Positions 38,540 through 50,880 of a DNA stretch of 64,000 nucleotides are shown one piece after another (the stretch's first letter is position 1; every line of letters starts with the position of its first letter). A program made the position numbers and the translations under genes. The notes beneath the pieces are model-generated. The model did not search any database, was not told the DNA's origin, and saw nothing but the letters and a program-made list of their open reading frames with translations. The DNA is from Lama guanicoe. Its lineage: Eukaryota. The stretch lies in contig MU053304.1 in NCBI GenBank assembly GCA_013239625.1, positions 2,418,001-2,482,000 on the forward strand. Reading direction: 5' to 3'.

Positions 38540-38720
38540 TCACAGCAGATAGTGGTTGATGGCATGGATTCTGGAGCCAGTTTCCTCCTCCATAAAGTGA
38601 GGTAAAAAACGGCATTGGTTTATTGGGTTGTTGTGAGAATTAGAGGAGTTAATGCGCCTAGAATATATAATGCAGCAACTCATTAGTAAGCACTCAACAA
38701 ATATGAACTATGGTTATTTA
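38540..38720 (+). mobile_element. MIR fragment
   Basis: gcatggattctggagccag...tttcctcctccataaagtgagg...gggttgttgtgagaatta...agtaagcactcaacaaat. Confidence 0.75.
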
Positions 38721-40283
38721 GAAATATTTATGAAGTAAATACTCTCTGAGTTTAGAAGAGCATGAGGTCATTACAGAGTGAAATGGTCCAAGATGCCTTT
38801 CTTAGGAATTGGAGCTTAAGCTGCACTTTAAAGGGGAAGGTCCAGCAGGTAGAGTTAGCAGGAGGGGAGTTCTTTCCACTTAGTTGAGAGCTAAGACATA
38901 CGAGCAGGAATAAACAAATGGTCTTTAAGAAAAAGAGAAGTACCATAGGTGTCTAGGACTTCAACTACTTCGGTACACACTAACTTCTGGAAGAATGTCC
39001 TTCATGCAACATTTTTTTTCCACCTATTTTTCCCTAGATGCTCAGAAAACATTACAATTCCTGATATATTTCACCCAATCAATAGGGCCTCCAGGAAGCT
39101 ACACCTCTGAAATTGTAAGACCCAAGCTGAATTTTTTCCTAGATCATCCTTGGCCTTTTGGGTAACAGCAGAAGTTTCTCTACCCCTAGATTTTGTGGTT
39201 CTTACCACACCTCACAGACAGGAATCCCAGCCCCATACACAAGGCAGCAGGGCATGTCCACAGGCAACCACAAGTTCGTCTTTTCTGACAATTCAAGGCA
39301 TGCATAAAAAGGCTAGAGACAAAAACGAACTAAATACATTAAAATAGATTAGGAAGAAAGAGAATATTTATTGAATGAATGATTGAAGGAATGGGGAAAT
39401 AAGAAACAGAGTTTAGAAAACAGTTCTCCTGTATCCAGTACATTAAGCAGTCCTTAGATTCAATTCAGCTCACCTTCATAAGTACATACTGTGGGCAAGG
39501 GAAATAAAATACACAGCATAGTGACCGTCAAAGATCTTTCACTTTGCTCTGCTTTGGTCTTGGCCCTCTAAGTGGAAGCCATCCATACATGCAATGAGAT
39601 ATTTTCCTCTGGGATTCAGCCAGGTGACCTTCTCATTAACCGTCCTGTCCTGATGTTTCTTGAGTTCATCATTCTGCCTGTCCGATCATCTTCAGGGTCT
39701 ATTCTGGCTCCTGATTCATATCTGTTTCGTGATCTTTTTGAAAATATATATCTCAGTTCTTGACCTTGTTTCATTTGTACTTAGCTGCTGACTTTAAATG
39801 AACACCTTCATTAAACTAATGACGGGGAAGTAGAGGAAGAAATGAAAAACAATTTTGCAGGACTTAGAGATTGATTGGATATAAGGTGCGAGCGTTAATG
39901 GCATCAGCACAGCACTTTGGAGCCTTACAGGCAGGAGAAGATTTTGGTAAAAATAGGGGAAAAGTGCTTGGAGGTGGGAAGAGATGATGGGTTAAGGGGA
40001 GAGAGAGAACCAATAATCTGATGCAGGGAATGAACTATGTCTTCCCTTCTATCAATCATATTTTAGTCAATCTTTTGATATGCATTAATTCATTTCACAA
40101 CATTTGTCTGAATTAAGCACTGTAATAACTACTTTATAAAGAAAGACACTGAAGTTCAGAGTTTAAATGATTGTCTAAGATTCCAGAACTAGTAAATCAT
40201 AGGTGCAGGTTTCCTTCCAGCTTGACTGAGTTGACCAGTCGACTCTAAGTCGACTGCTCTGCTAAGCATATAATGGGACCAAG

Positions 40284-40762
40284 TGAAGGAGTCACAGAAT
40301 GGCTTCCCTGATGCTAAGGCAGCTTACAGAGTTCACTGTGATGGATTAATCTGTTTTCTCAGAGTTCTTTCTAACTGACTAACCTGTTTTACTCTTTGCT
40401 GCCATTGTTTAACTTGCTTGAATGATTATGTGCTTAGCAACCCCGACACTATGATTTAACGCCCTACCCTAAATACCTTGTATCCGAAACCCAGAAGCTA
40501 TTTTCCAGAAAGAAGTTCCCATGACACAAGATAAACTTTTGTAAAGGACTCTGTTGTTCATTATCACTGATATGCTCCATCCAGTTTGCCTACATAGTCA
40601 CCAAACTCCAATCCCAAGATGGATTCATAGTTTCCAGGGCATTAGCCTGCTCTGACTCCCCTTTGCTGGGCAAAGCAAAAAAGCAGCTCTCTTTGCTCCC
40701 AAAACTCTGCCTTTGAGTTTGAAATTACTTTTTGGGTTGTGGAGGCGGATTTTTTGGCAACA
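40284..40762 (+). mobile_element. Solo ERV1-type LTR with 4-bp TSD
   Basis: TG...CA ends (tgaagg / ggcaaca) flanked by caag at 40280-40283 and 40763-40766; R/U5-like tagcctgct...cctttgctgggcaaagcaaaaaagc. Confidence 0.85.
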
Positions 40763-40931
40763 CAAGCAGCTTCTCTCCTGTTCTAACATCGATTTGTGTA
40801 TACCCTCCACCAATTCAAAGATTCACAAGGCTCTACTGGAAAGAATTAGGGTGCTTGGTTTCCTGTTTAAGCTCTCTGTCTCTAAAATGGACTTACCAGT
40901 TTACTTCTTGCTGTAAGTACAAAAATTATTA

Positions 40932-41075
40932 TTTTTTTGTATATATATATTTTTTATTCAGTTTACAATGTTGTGTCAATTTCTGGTGTACAGTACAATG
41001 CTTCAGTCATACACAAACATACATATATAACATACATATATCCGTTTTCATATTCTTTTTCACCATAAGTTACTG
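40932..41075 (-). mobile_element. Truncated young L1 3' end (cetartiodactyl/camelid type)
   Basis: cagtttacaatgttgtgtcaatttctggtgtacag...ttttcatattctttttcacca. Confidence 0.85.
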
Positions 41076-42100
41076 AAAATTCTAAATGCAGTCTGTGACA
41101 CGATTGTCCTGGACTCCTTTATCTCCAAATTCTCTTCCTGTTCTAACAGTCCAAGATTCATTAAACATGACGTCCAATAAAATTACATATGAACAAGCCA
41201 ACATGTAAGACAGGAGAAGGGCTCATCTCCAAGATTGTGAAAGACTTCCTTGTAGTTCTAACATCATCAAGATGCTAATAAATGTTAGAAACTCTTAAAT
41301 AATAAGGAAACTCATGAGAAGTAAATGATTTGTCCCAGATGATACTCCAAGTCAAAAGAAGGACTTGGCACACAACCCAAATCAGAAATCAGAATTCAGA
41401 ATCCTGCTGTAACTGCCGGAACTGACTACTGCTGACATATTGGCCATCAAAATAAAAGCAGCTGGAATCTATTGATATTTGGACTCTGTTTGAATCCTTT
41501 GTTTCTAATGTATTCTAAAAGTATTTTTTGAAAGCTGTCTTAATAATTCAGGATGCTGAAAATGTTTTCTGTGGGCTGTTTGTAAACGTGGGTTATGTGA
41601 TACACATCTGCAAGCTACATGATGAAGTATTTTGTATTCTATGCTCCGTATTTATCATTTTCTTAATCTGATGTTTTGGAAAAAAGGACTGTGTACTGGA
41701 GTCTCATGTGTTTGTCGGTGGTGCTCAGCTTGTTTAAATTATCAGATGTTTTTACTAAATTATAATTATCCTTTATTAAGACCAAAACGCTATTTGGCTT
41801 ACAGCAAACCTCATCTGACTGGTGAATCATGAGGACATGTTTTTTGTTTGAACAGATTACAGAGAAAGCATTCATTTATAGTCATCATAACTAACTAACG
41901 CTTTTGGTATTTCTTAATGGCATTGAGAAGTTAACCTTTGCAACAACTTAAAAGGTGTTGATTTAACCAAACTTTGACTTGCTCTAACTTCAGATTATAC
42001 TTGTTTTGAAAATCCAGTGGTTTTTACAAGTTCCAGTTGAGGAATAAATCCACTTATATCCTCTACTGAAAAAGAGTTCTTTAACTGAGAAAAAGTTTTT

Positions 42101-42104
<4 letters not shown>

Positions 42105-42135
<31 letters not shown>
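42105..42135. repeat. (TG)n microsatellite
   Basis: About 15 uninterrupted TG units. Confidence 0.95.
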
Positions 42136-42138
<3 letters not shown>

Positions 42139-43584
42139 ATAAGAAGCAGCTTTCTGAGTGTATAAATAGTATAGTAAAGAAGAAAGACGAAATTCTCCCC
42201 AGTCTGCTCAACTGGCCAAGTTAGTCCTGGAGGTGAATGGAGACATGAATCCCAGCCTTTGAACCAATTCTTGTACAAACATGTACTTGGAAGGCTCCTG
42301 TTCTTGTTGCATAGTCTTTATTGCGTGCAGTTAGTAGATATGTCTTGAGAACAAACCATAGGTAAACACTGCAGTAAGTACAAGAGGTGAAAAACGTGAG
42401 AAATATTGTCCTGTTTTCAGGAGATGAGCTGACAATGACTCCAGGAGGAAGCAATGTTGCAGCAGGGCAAATGGGGGTGGAGGGCAAGTCCCAGGACACA
42501 GCACAGGCACAAGGCTGAAGTGCAGAGTAATCAACGTGCTCTTTTGCTCATCGAGCTCAGTTCTTTCAGAAGCACCTAGTCCAGCGCAGCAGTGGCAAAC
42601 TTTTAGGTCATAACCTTGAGTAGAACTTCCATCTCATGTACCTACTTTTTTCCCAGTCTACTTCAGTCCGCCGTTCAAGCGCTGGCTCTCTCAGACCTGT
42701 GAGGGTGCTGTCCAGATGCCTGGATCCACTGTAGTCTCTTGTGTGGCCCAGAAGGTACCTGATTTTAAATGAGCTTCTGACACTTAGCCAGGCTCCTGTC
42801 AGCTTCCTGGGCAGGTGCTGCCACCAAGGAAATATGCTTCCACTTCTCACCCTCAGTGGAGCCTTTCTCATGGCTTCTTAGGGGGCTACGGGCTGGTTCG
42901 GGATTCTAGCCAACTTCAGAGGCACACCTTTCGCCTGTGTGTGGAAATCGCGCAGGAGGCTGGCAAACATAGCTTTATGAGAATCTTTGACTTGGCCCTC
43001 CCCCACTCCCCTGTGATGCTCTTCTACGTCCCTGTACCCAGGCGTCACTGGCTAGATCATCTTCGTATGTCCCACCACTCTGCCAGCTTGAGGTATGAAG
43101 CCATCCCGAGACTCTCATGTTCAGTAGCCCCTAGAAAGGTCAGGGAGAAGTCTCCCAGTTTCCTCCCCACACCCGCATCATCACTAAATTGGTGAGGACA
43201 GGCACGTGGGTTTCACTTTCCTCCACACATCCTCCTGTTCCTCTTATACCAGCTTTTCCAGGGATGGGAGAAAAATCATTTTTCGCATCACTGGATTGGT
43301 CTGTATGAAAGGCAGTACTTTTCATTCTTTATTTCCAGCGTCTCCATAGCAGTTCATGCACAGATAGCTTGTCTATTAGAATAAGAGTGGGAGTGGGTGG
43401 GGAGATTAGATGAGTGGTGGAGAGAAGGGACCAACCAATAACACGGAGAGGGAAGAGAGGGAATCCTCCACTGATGTTTCACATGATTGTGCGACAGTAG
43501 TGACTTCTTGGTGTTCAGTGGCTGAGTGACCTTACAGTTTGGTTTGCCCAGGAGATGCAGTTTGCACATTCTGTTCTAGTCTGT

Positions 43585-43762
<178 letters not shown>

Positions 43763-43955
43763 GTATTTTATCAGGGTAAGATCACTTAACATGAGATCTG
43801 TCCTTCTCACAAATTTTTAAGTGGACTGTATAATACTGTTAACTGCAGGGGAAATGTCGTAGAGCAGATCTCTGGGTCTTACTCATCTCTCACAATTAAG
43901 AATTAGTGCCCATTAATTAGTAACTACCCATTTTCCCCTCCCCTCCTCTGGCCCC
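43763..43955 (-). mobile_element. L1MA/L1MB-like 3' UTR fragment
   Basis: ggtaagatcacttaacatgagatct...aaatttttaagtg...agcagatctct. Confidence 0.8.
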
Positions 43956-44606
43956 CATTCACTGAGCACCCATAGTTAATAATTTGCAAGGATTTACTCT
44001 TTTGATAGGCCAACCAGAAAGATATCATACTCGAAAGGCAATTAATCCACGGGTACCCTAAACTCAAATGCTAGAAATATATGGAGCCAAACTTTGGGTC
44101 TTCCTTCCTACCACATCTAACTCTGTATATCTGTCTATCCATCTGTCCTTCTATTTATATGAATGTGTACATATATATATATATGTAATCTATGTCTATT
44201 AGTCTGTCTGCCTATCTATCTATCATATCTCTGTCTATAATCTGCAGCTTGATTTCTTCTGGTTGAAGGCAATAAAATTCATCCAGTCATGGAAGCCTAG
44301 AAATCTGTGGTTATTTTCTGCTTTGTCCTTTCTCTCATTCCCATACCAAGATTATTATCTGATCTGTGTATCTTTATTCACTCCTATATGTATCAAAAGC
44401 TTATCCTCTATTATACACCCCTCAAGAACAGATCAGGTTCCGATCTTAATCATCTCTCATTGAGACCATTGGCAAAAGCCTCCAAATTAATCACTTTGCT
44501 TACTGCCCTTACAGCATCCTTCACAATCGGCCACTAGCATAAAAAACAAAAGTTTTCTTATCTTACCCCCCTGCTTAAATCTTGTAGAGCGTTTCAAATG
44601 TATAGA

Positions 44607-44785
44607 GCAGTGATTCTCAAAATATCTAAGTATCAAAGCATCCTGGATCAGCAGCAACAGTACCTCTTTAGAACTGTAATTTCTTGGGCCCTAACCCAGA
44701 CCTACTCTGAATCTGTATACACGGACCCAAAAGCCTGCGTTTCAACATGTTTTCCAGATTATTCTGATGTACACTGGTTTTAGAA
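44607..44785. mobile_element. MER5A-like MITE within an L2 remnant (about 44040-45005)
   Basis: agcagtgattctcaaa...cccagacctactctgaatc...ctgcgtttcaaca...gattattctgatgtacac. Confidence 0.7.
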
Positions 44786-45009
44786 GCTGAAATAGCCCCC
44801 TAGACAACTTCATCCAAATGGTTTTTTTAGTCCCCTTGGATACTATGCCAGTTTTCTCTTACTCCTTGCATCTCTTAACTTCGAGTTACATCTAACTGCT
44901 CGCTATGTCTCTATGTTTTGCACATGCTATTTCCTTGCTTGGGGTGACTCTTCCCTCTTGGTCATCTGCTACTAAGCTTTCAGATCAAATATACTTAGCG
45001 TCTTCTCTA

Positions 45010-45238
45010 ATTGTGCCGGTCGAGAAGAGGGGAGATGAGGTCAAAGTGAAACCTCGCCTCTTAACCCTTCTAATGTGGTCCTTCTTGATTTCTGTGGTCC
45101 AGTGGGGTGCTTCAGCTTCACCCCTGGGTTGAGGATTTTCACAGTGGTGTCTTGTCTATGGAGAGTTGCAAGTTGGTCTTCTTATGAGAGGGGTTGAAGT
45201 TGGGAACTACCTCTGTTGCTATCTTGGTGACATCACCT
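45010..45238 (-). mobile_element. Isolated L1 5'-terminus (promoter-end) fragment
   Basis: ggggtgcttcagcttcacccc...cagtggtgtcttgtc...gctatcttggtgacatcac; reverse strand begins gtgatgtcaccaagatagc, like old L1 5' ends with a YY1-type motif. Confidence 0.65.
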
Positions 45239-47189
45239 CAATCTAGGTTCACTCAGTTTGAGTCTCTTGCCCAGGACTTTGCATCAGAAACCCAATGAAG
45301 TAAACACATGAATCTGGAGAAGTAGCAGCTGTAGCAACATTTGTAGCTCAGGGGCATTGTGGCTCTGGGCTCGGGGGAGAAGCCATGCCAGGTGCCTGTA
45401 GCATAGTGATGTTCAAGGTGGTGGCCATGGTGACCTTGCAGGCTGGCTCTGGAGAGTGAATGAAGCTGTGCTTTGTCTGCCTGCTCTTCCCTTGTTCTTG
45501 CTCATTTTCCATGCTTGCTTCTGTAGCCCACCCAGGGTTACTGGCCAGTACATTACTCAGTCTTTTAGGATATGTACTGTTACTTTATTCCATTATTATT
45601 ATTGTTTATTTACATACTTTTTAAATTTTTGAAAGTTCATTTGGAAATCAGAAATGAAGTAGGAAATCCAGCTTTTTTTTTTTAACTCTTAAGTAGCTAG
45701 ACATTGTCCCAGCTCCTCTTAAAAAACATTCTATTTTTCCCTCACTAATTTTAAGTGCAAATTTAAATGTTTATAAAGTCCCAGGTGTATTTCTACTCTC
45801 AATTTGATTTCATCGATTGCTGTATATTCTTGTAAAGATATCTAAATTCTCTTTCTCCCTCTGTCTCTCCCTCTCTCTCACATGCACACACACTTTTTTA
45901 GAATTTTTCAGATTATCCTTATCAGCTTATTTTTCAAGATGGAACTCAGTATTATATTGCTAAGTCCCTTATGAATTCATGGAGCTATTTGTATGAAATT
46001 GCATTTTCTTCCTAGATTAAAATAATGAGGATTTAAAGAATTGAGATCTTTGTAAATGTTGTCTTCCTATTGAAGAGCAAGTTAAACCTTTCTGTATTCT
46101 ATTTAAAAATGAAGTAAGTCCTTAACATTCCATAAAGAACATTCTCCATTTATCTCTACCTCTTCTGCCTCTTTCTGATTGTAACAATGGACTCATGGGT
46201 TTTCAAAAAATTATGTGTGCTCTAATCCATCATTGTCATTCTGTTCAATGCTCATATATTCCCTCTTTTGGCCAACGGGAGCCCCTGCAAGCCAGTTCCT
46301 GTGTCCTTTGGACATGGTCCCATTAATCTTTAAGCATTCATTGCATTAATCCTTCGGGCTGCATTCCTACGATGGGTGGGAAGTTGAATTATGTGTGATT
46401 AAATTATAGAATGAGATAAAATGAAACTGGCTTCTTGTGCCACTTCACCTTATGTAAGACTACACGTAATCCCCGTGCGTGTTCCCCAGGATCAGAAATT
46501 GTTTTATGCTGTTCTGTCCTAATGGCTTCTGCATATTTCAGGCTTGAGATGAAGTCTGTTCTTACTATGATTCACTGGATCTAAATGTTCAACGATACTA
46601 ACTGCTCATTTCAAAAACCTTTGTGACGTTAGGGCCTGACCTGCCAGGGATTTCTCCTGATTTGGGGGCAACCTGTATCATCTTCAGATTCCCGGAAAAA
46701 CTTCAACTTGGATAAACTGAAAGCTGTAACTTATATTGGTACACGGTGTGGAGATCTGTTTTACAGAAAGTGACGTTTGGTTATGTAGAATTTGATCTTA
46801 AATGTTGACCTCCCTCCAAAAAAATCCCTTGAAATAAGTATTATTTATAATCCATTCAAAAATTAGTCAAAGTAACATATGCCAGGATTTAAAATGTATC
46901 CAGCCCTACTGAAGACTTTTTGTGAAAAGGAACCATCCCCTGCCCCGTCCCTTCCCACCTCCATCCTGCCTGGGAAAATTGACTGAGTCTGTTTCTAATA
47001 ATTGAGAAAGTGACTTCCATCTCTCTAAACACGTGTTTAATGCTGCTTCTTCATTCATCAGTTTTTGACATTCTCATGATGAAGTGAATGTAAAGCACCT
47101 TCTCCTTTTCCTCCCTTTCCCAGTATGGGGACACACACATTCCCAGGGTCTCTGTTGGATAAATGTGTGACTTTAACCTATATGGTTCC

Positions 47190-47608
47190 ATGAGTTTGCT
47201 ATGACTTCCATAATAAAATACTAACATTGGATGAGTTAAGCAACATAATTTTATTTTCTCAGAGTTCTGAAGACTAGATATCCAAAATCAAGGTGCCAGC
47301 AGGGTTGGTTCCTTCTGAGGGTTGTGAGGGAAAGATCTATTCCAGGAATGTCTCTTTGGCTTGTAAATGGTCCTCTTCTCCCTGTGTCTTTTCACATCAT
47401 CTTTTCTCTGTGCATATCTGTCTCTTGGTCCAAATTTCCGCGTTCTATAAGGACACCAGTCATTTTGGATTAGGACCTACCTTAATGGTATCATTTAATT
47501 TGATTACCTCTGTAAAGACCTTATCTCCAAATAAAGTCACATTCCAAGCTACTGGGGTTAGGATTTCAATGTATCTTTTTTGGGGGAACTCAGTTTGTCC
47601 CATAACAA
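47190..47608 (-). mobile_element. MLT1 (B/C-like) solo LTR
   Basis: tccaaaatcaaggtgccagcagggttggttccttctgaggg...ataaggacaccagtcat...aagaccttatctccaaata...cccataaca. Confidence 0.9.
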
Positions 47609-48019
47609 TGATCATGTCTTTATTTCCCATTCTATAAATATTAGAAATTCTCTCTGGACCCTGCACTTTGTAAGATGACACTGTTAACATCCTAGACCTT
47701 CTCTCAAGTTCTTCTAAATCCTCCATCTCTCACCATCTGTCCTCTGTATTCTACTTTTAAATTGACAAGGCTGTCCAAGTTTACTTCCTGTTCTAGGAAC
47801 ATACTTAAGCCTTCCAACTTATATTCGTAACTTCACTCCAAAATTTGAAATTCCATAAACAGTATTTTTATTATGATGATCATGTAGATGTGGTTCACGG
47901 TAGAAACAGGTGATGTGCTATGATAACATTTCCTTTTTGTTCCTGATTTTCATAGTTGACTTGGTATTACCTGCCCTTACTGCATTCTGATGTGCTCTAG
48001 AGGTCTTTCAGTGTAACAT

Positions 48020-48265
48020 CCCAAGGAATACACTGGGATCAAGTTGCCTGGGTTAAAATCCCAGCTTTAGCAAATACTAGCTATGTGACCTTAGGCTAAT
48101 TATTTCAATCTTTTACTTCTTGGTTTACTCACTTATCAAATGACTACCATGATGATAGTGGTAACTGACTTCATGTGCTTAAAGGTGGTAACATTTCTGT
48201 GGCTGTTAGAGCAGAACTGGCCCACACTGCACTCTTAACATGTTTTAGCTGGTAATTATAACTTC
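48020..48265 (+). mobile_element. MIR
   Basis: gcctgggttaaaatcccagct...tactagctatgtgaccttagg. Confidence 0.7.
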
Positions 48266-48297
48266 TCAAATAAAGTATCAAATCTCTGAAAATCCCC

Positions 48298-48718
48298 CTA
48301 CTCTGGGCTGTACTGTGTCTCCCTAAATTCATATGAAGTCCTAACCCCAAGGTCACTGTGTTTGTAGATACAGCCTATGCGGAGGAAATAAAGATTAAAT
48401 TAAGTCATAAGGGTGGGGCTGTAATCCTATAGGGCTTTTTCTTCTTCTTATATGAGGAAGAGACACCAGAGATCTCTTTCTCTCTCTCTCTCCACACACA
48501 CACACACACACACGTGCACATGCACACAGAAAAGGCCATGTGAGGACATGGCGAGAAGGCAGCTGTCTACAAGCCAGAAAGGGTGTCCTCACCAGGAACC
48601 AGATTTGTTGGTGGCTTCAACATGGACACCTAGTCTCCAGAAGTGTGAGAAATAAATTTCTGCTGTCTAAGCAACCAAGTCTGTGGTGTTTTTTTACGGC
48701 AGCCCGAGCTGACAAAGC
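48298..48718 (+). mobile_element. MLT1A-like solo LTR containing a (TC)n(CA)n microsatellite
   Basis: aaattcatatgaagtcctaacccc...agtcataagggtgggg...aggccatgtgaggaca...tgtgagaaataaatttctg...gcagcccgagctgac. Confidence 0.9.
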
Positions 48719-49760
48719 CACTCTCTTTGCCTAGATTCTGCCCCTGGGAAGTGTCCAACCCCCAGCTCCATGCTGACCCCAGTGTCCTTCCTGATTGTGG
48801 CACAAGCACCATGTGAGATTTCCTGTCTCTGCTCATCTGCATTGCAACTCTCATTTCCAGACCCCATTTTCCTTACTGTTTGTTCCCCGTCTAATTTTGC
48901 AGACATACATCCCAATAGAGCTTTTTGAAAAAGTGTGTTTTCAGGATAAATTTTCTGAGTCTCTGAATGCTGGATATATCTCTATTTTTCCTTCATGCTT
49001 TATTCAGACTTTGGGTAGATAAAGAGTTCAAGATTGCAAATATTTTCCTATAGGAAAAAAACTTCTCATATATTATTAATGAAATGTCTATTTTCCTTTC
49101 AATGGGAAACCGTTTTTGTTCATTTATTTGTTTGTTAGCTTTTTAATCTGAAAGCTTTTAGACTCTTGTTATTCTTGTCTCACAATAATGTATTTGATGT
49201 TTCTGTACTTTTCTAGCTATTTAATATGTTTTATTAATCTAAAAATAAATCATTCATAGGAGCCAACTTGTAGGGTCTCCTGAGGGTCAAATTTAGGACA
49301 ACTCAAATATCTAATAGAATGATAGTAATGGATAACAACAATGCATTGACTAAAAATTAATAAAGATTCATGAATCTTTAGTGATATTTTTCTTAGTGAA
49401 GAAAGAGAAAGAAAGAGAGAGAGTATCAGGCAATAAATGTAAAAGGAATGATAAAATTTGAAAACATCATTTTGCTATTTTCAATATAATGATTGATACA
49501 GACAAGGATTGTTAATGGATGTTAAAACCATTGATTGGATGGCAAGTGGTTGTGAAATAGGATATTCACAGCCTCAAAGTACCACCCCATGGATTATTTC
49601 TTAAATATATTTCATCAGGGAAGATGTATCTTCTCAAAAGATATATCCTGTGTTAACCACCTTAATTTTATTTAATCAAACTTAGCAACACCAGTATTGC
49701 AAACATTTTTTTATTTCCAAAACCTCTTTATTATTGTCCAATTTTTCTTTTTCCTTGACC

Positions 49761-49872
49761 ATTTTTAAAAAATTGAAGTATAGTCAGTTTACAATGTTGT
49801 GTCAATGTACAGCATAATGTTTCAGTCATATATATACATACATCTATTCATTTTCATATTCTTTTTTGTTAC
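49761..49872 (-). mobile_element. Truncated young L1 3' end with TSD
   Basis: aattgaagtatagtcagtttacaatgttgtgtcaat; TSD tccttgacc at 49752-49760 and 49873-49881. Confidence 0.85.
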
Positions 49873-50444
49873 TCCTTGACCCTGTTTTGTTGTATTTTTT
49901 TATTTCTATGACTCTAGTGTCTTCTCAAATATCTCTGAGGACACCAACTTCTGTTATTTTAAATTTCTCTTTTCTTCATGAATCATCCTTCTTTCCTCCA
50001 AGAATGTGCTTTATTGATGATAATACCGGTCTTGTTCTTACCTCTCTCACAGGTTTTACTCAAATGACTCTTGGTAGCCAACAGTGGAGCGATAGGTAAC
50101 TATGAGAATGTTTTCCTAAGTGGAGATTCTTAGCCCAGTGAGCTTAGGTTGAGTGTAAGGACTGGAAGGTGAGTTTAGTTGCATCATAGCCTTTGAGCTC
50201 TTTCATATCTCCGGGTCCAAGCTTGTCCCAGATCCTGCATGGCAAGTTGCTTTCCAGTCTGTCTACAGTAGCCCCACCTGTGCTGCAAGCTGTGGTTTCA
50301 CCTAAGCTATTCCAGTCAACACTCCAACAACTTCCCACCATCCCCCTTCCCATTGTTGAGTCTTTTTATCCTCAGATGGCCTCTCTCTGGAGCTTTATAT
50401 TGTTGTGGTTTTGTAGCTTTTTTCCCCTCTTATACTGTTATTTT

Positions 50445-50880
50445 TCAGTCAGCTTTTGCTACTGTAACCACCAACCACATAAACTCAGTGGCTTGCAACG
50501 TAGATTTATTTTCCACTTAAATTGGATGAGGGTTCTGGGTCAGTTGCTGTTCTTCTTGACAACGCTGGCTTGGCTAGGCTCCCTGTGTCTTTGCGTTGTG
50601 GCACCCGGGGTGAAAGATCAGCTCAAACCTGGGACATGTTGTTCTTAGAAGCAGAGGACAGGAACACAAGGGAGGCATTGTCAAACCACGTAGGCTCACT
50701 TAAAGACTGCTTGGAATGTGGCCTTAAAGCTTTCACTCTTGTTCCATTGGCCAAAGAAAATCATATGGGTGAGCTCAAAGTCAACAGGACAGTTCAACAC
50801 ATGCCATCTAGAGGGAAACGTGGCCACAGTGGGCGGGGACAGATAACTGTGAACAAAGAATTCAGCCTTTTATGACCATT
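50445..50880 (-). mobile_element. MLT1J/K-like LTR
   Basis: cagtcagcttttgct...actcagtggcttgcaac...ccattggccaaagaaaatcatatgg. Confidence 0.7.

Noticed and set aside
40897..40910. 14-nt minus-strand microexon candidate (tacttacag|...CTG|GTAAGT)
   Set aside because: Frameshifting length, short pyrimidine tract, and wedged between an LTR and a young L1 insertion.
50193..50875. Longest ORFs here (151 and 117 aa)
   Set aside because: Non-ATG starts, overlap with an MLT1 LTR and no recognisable domain.
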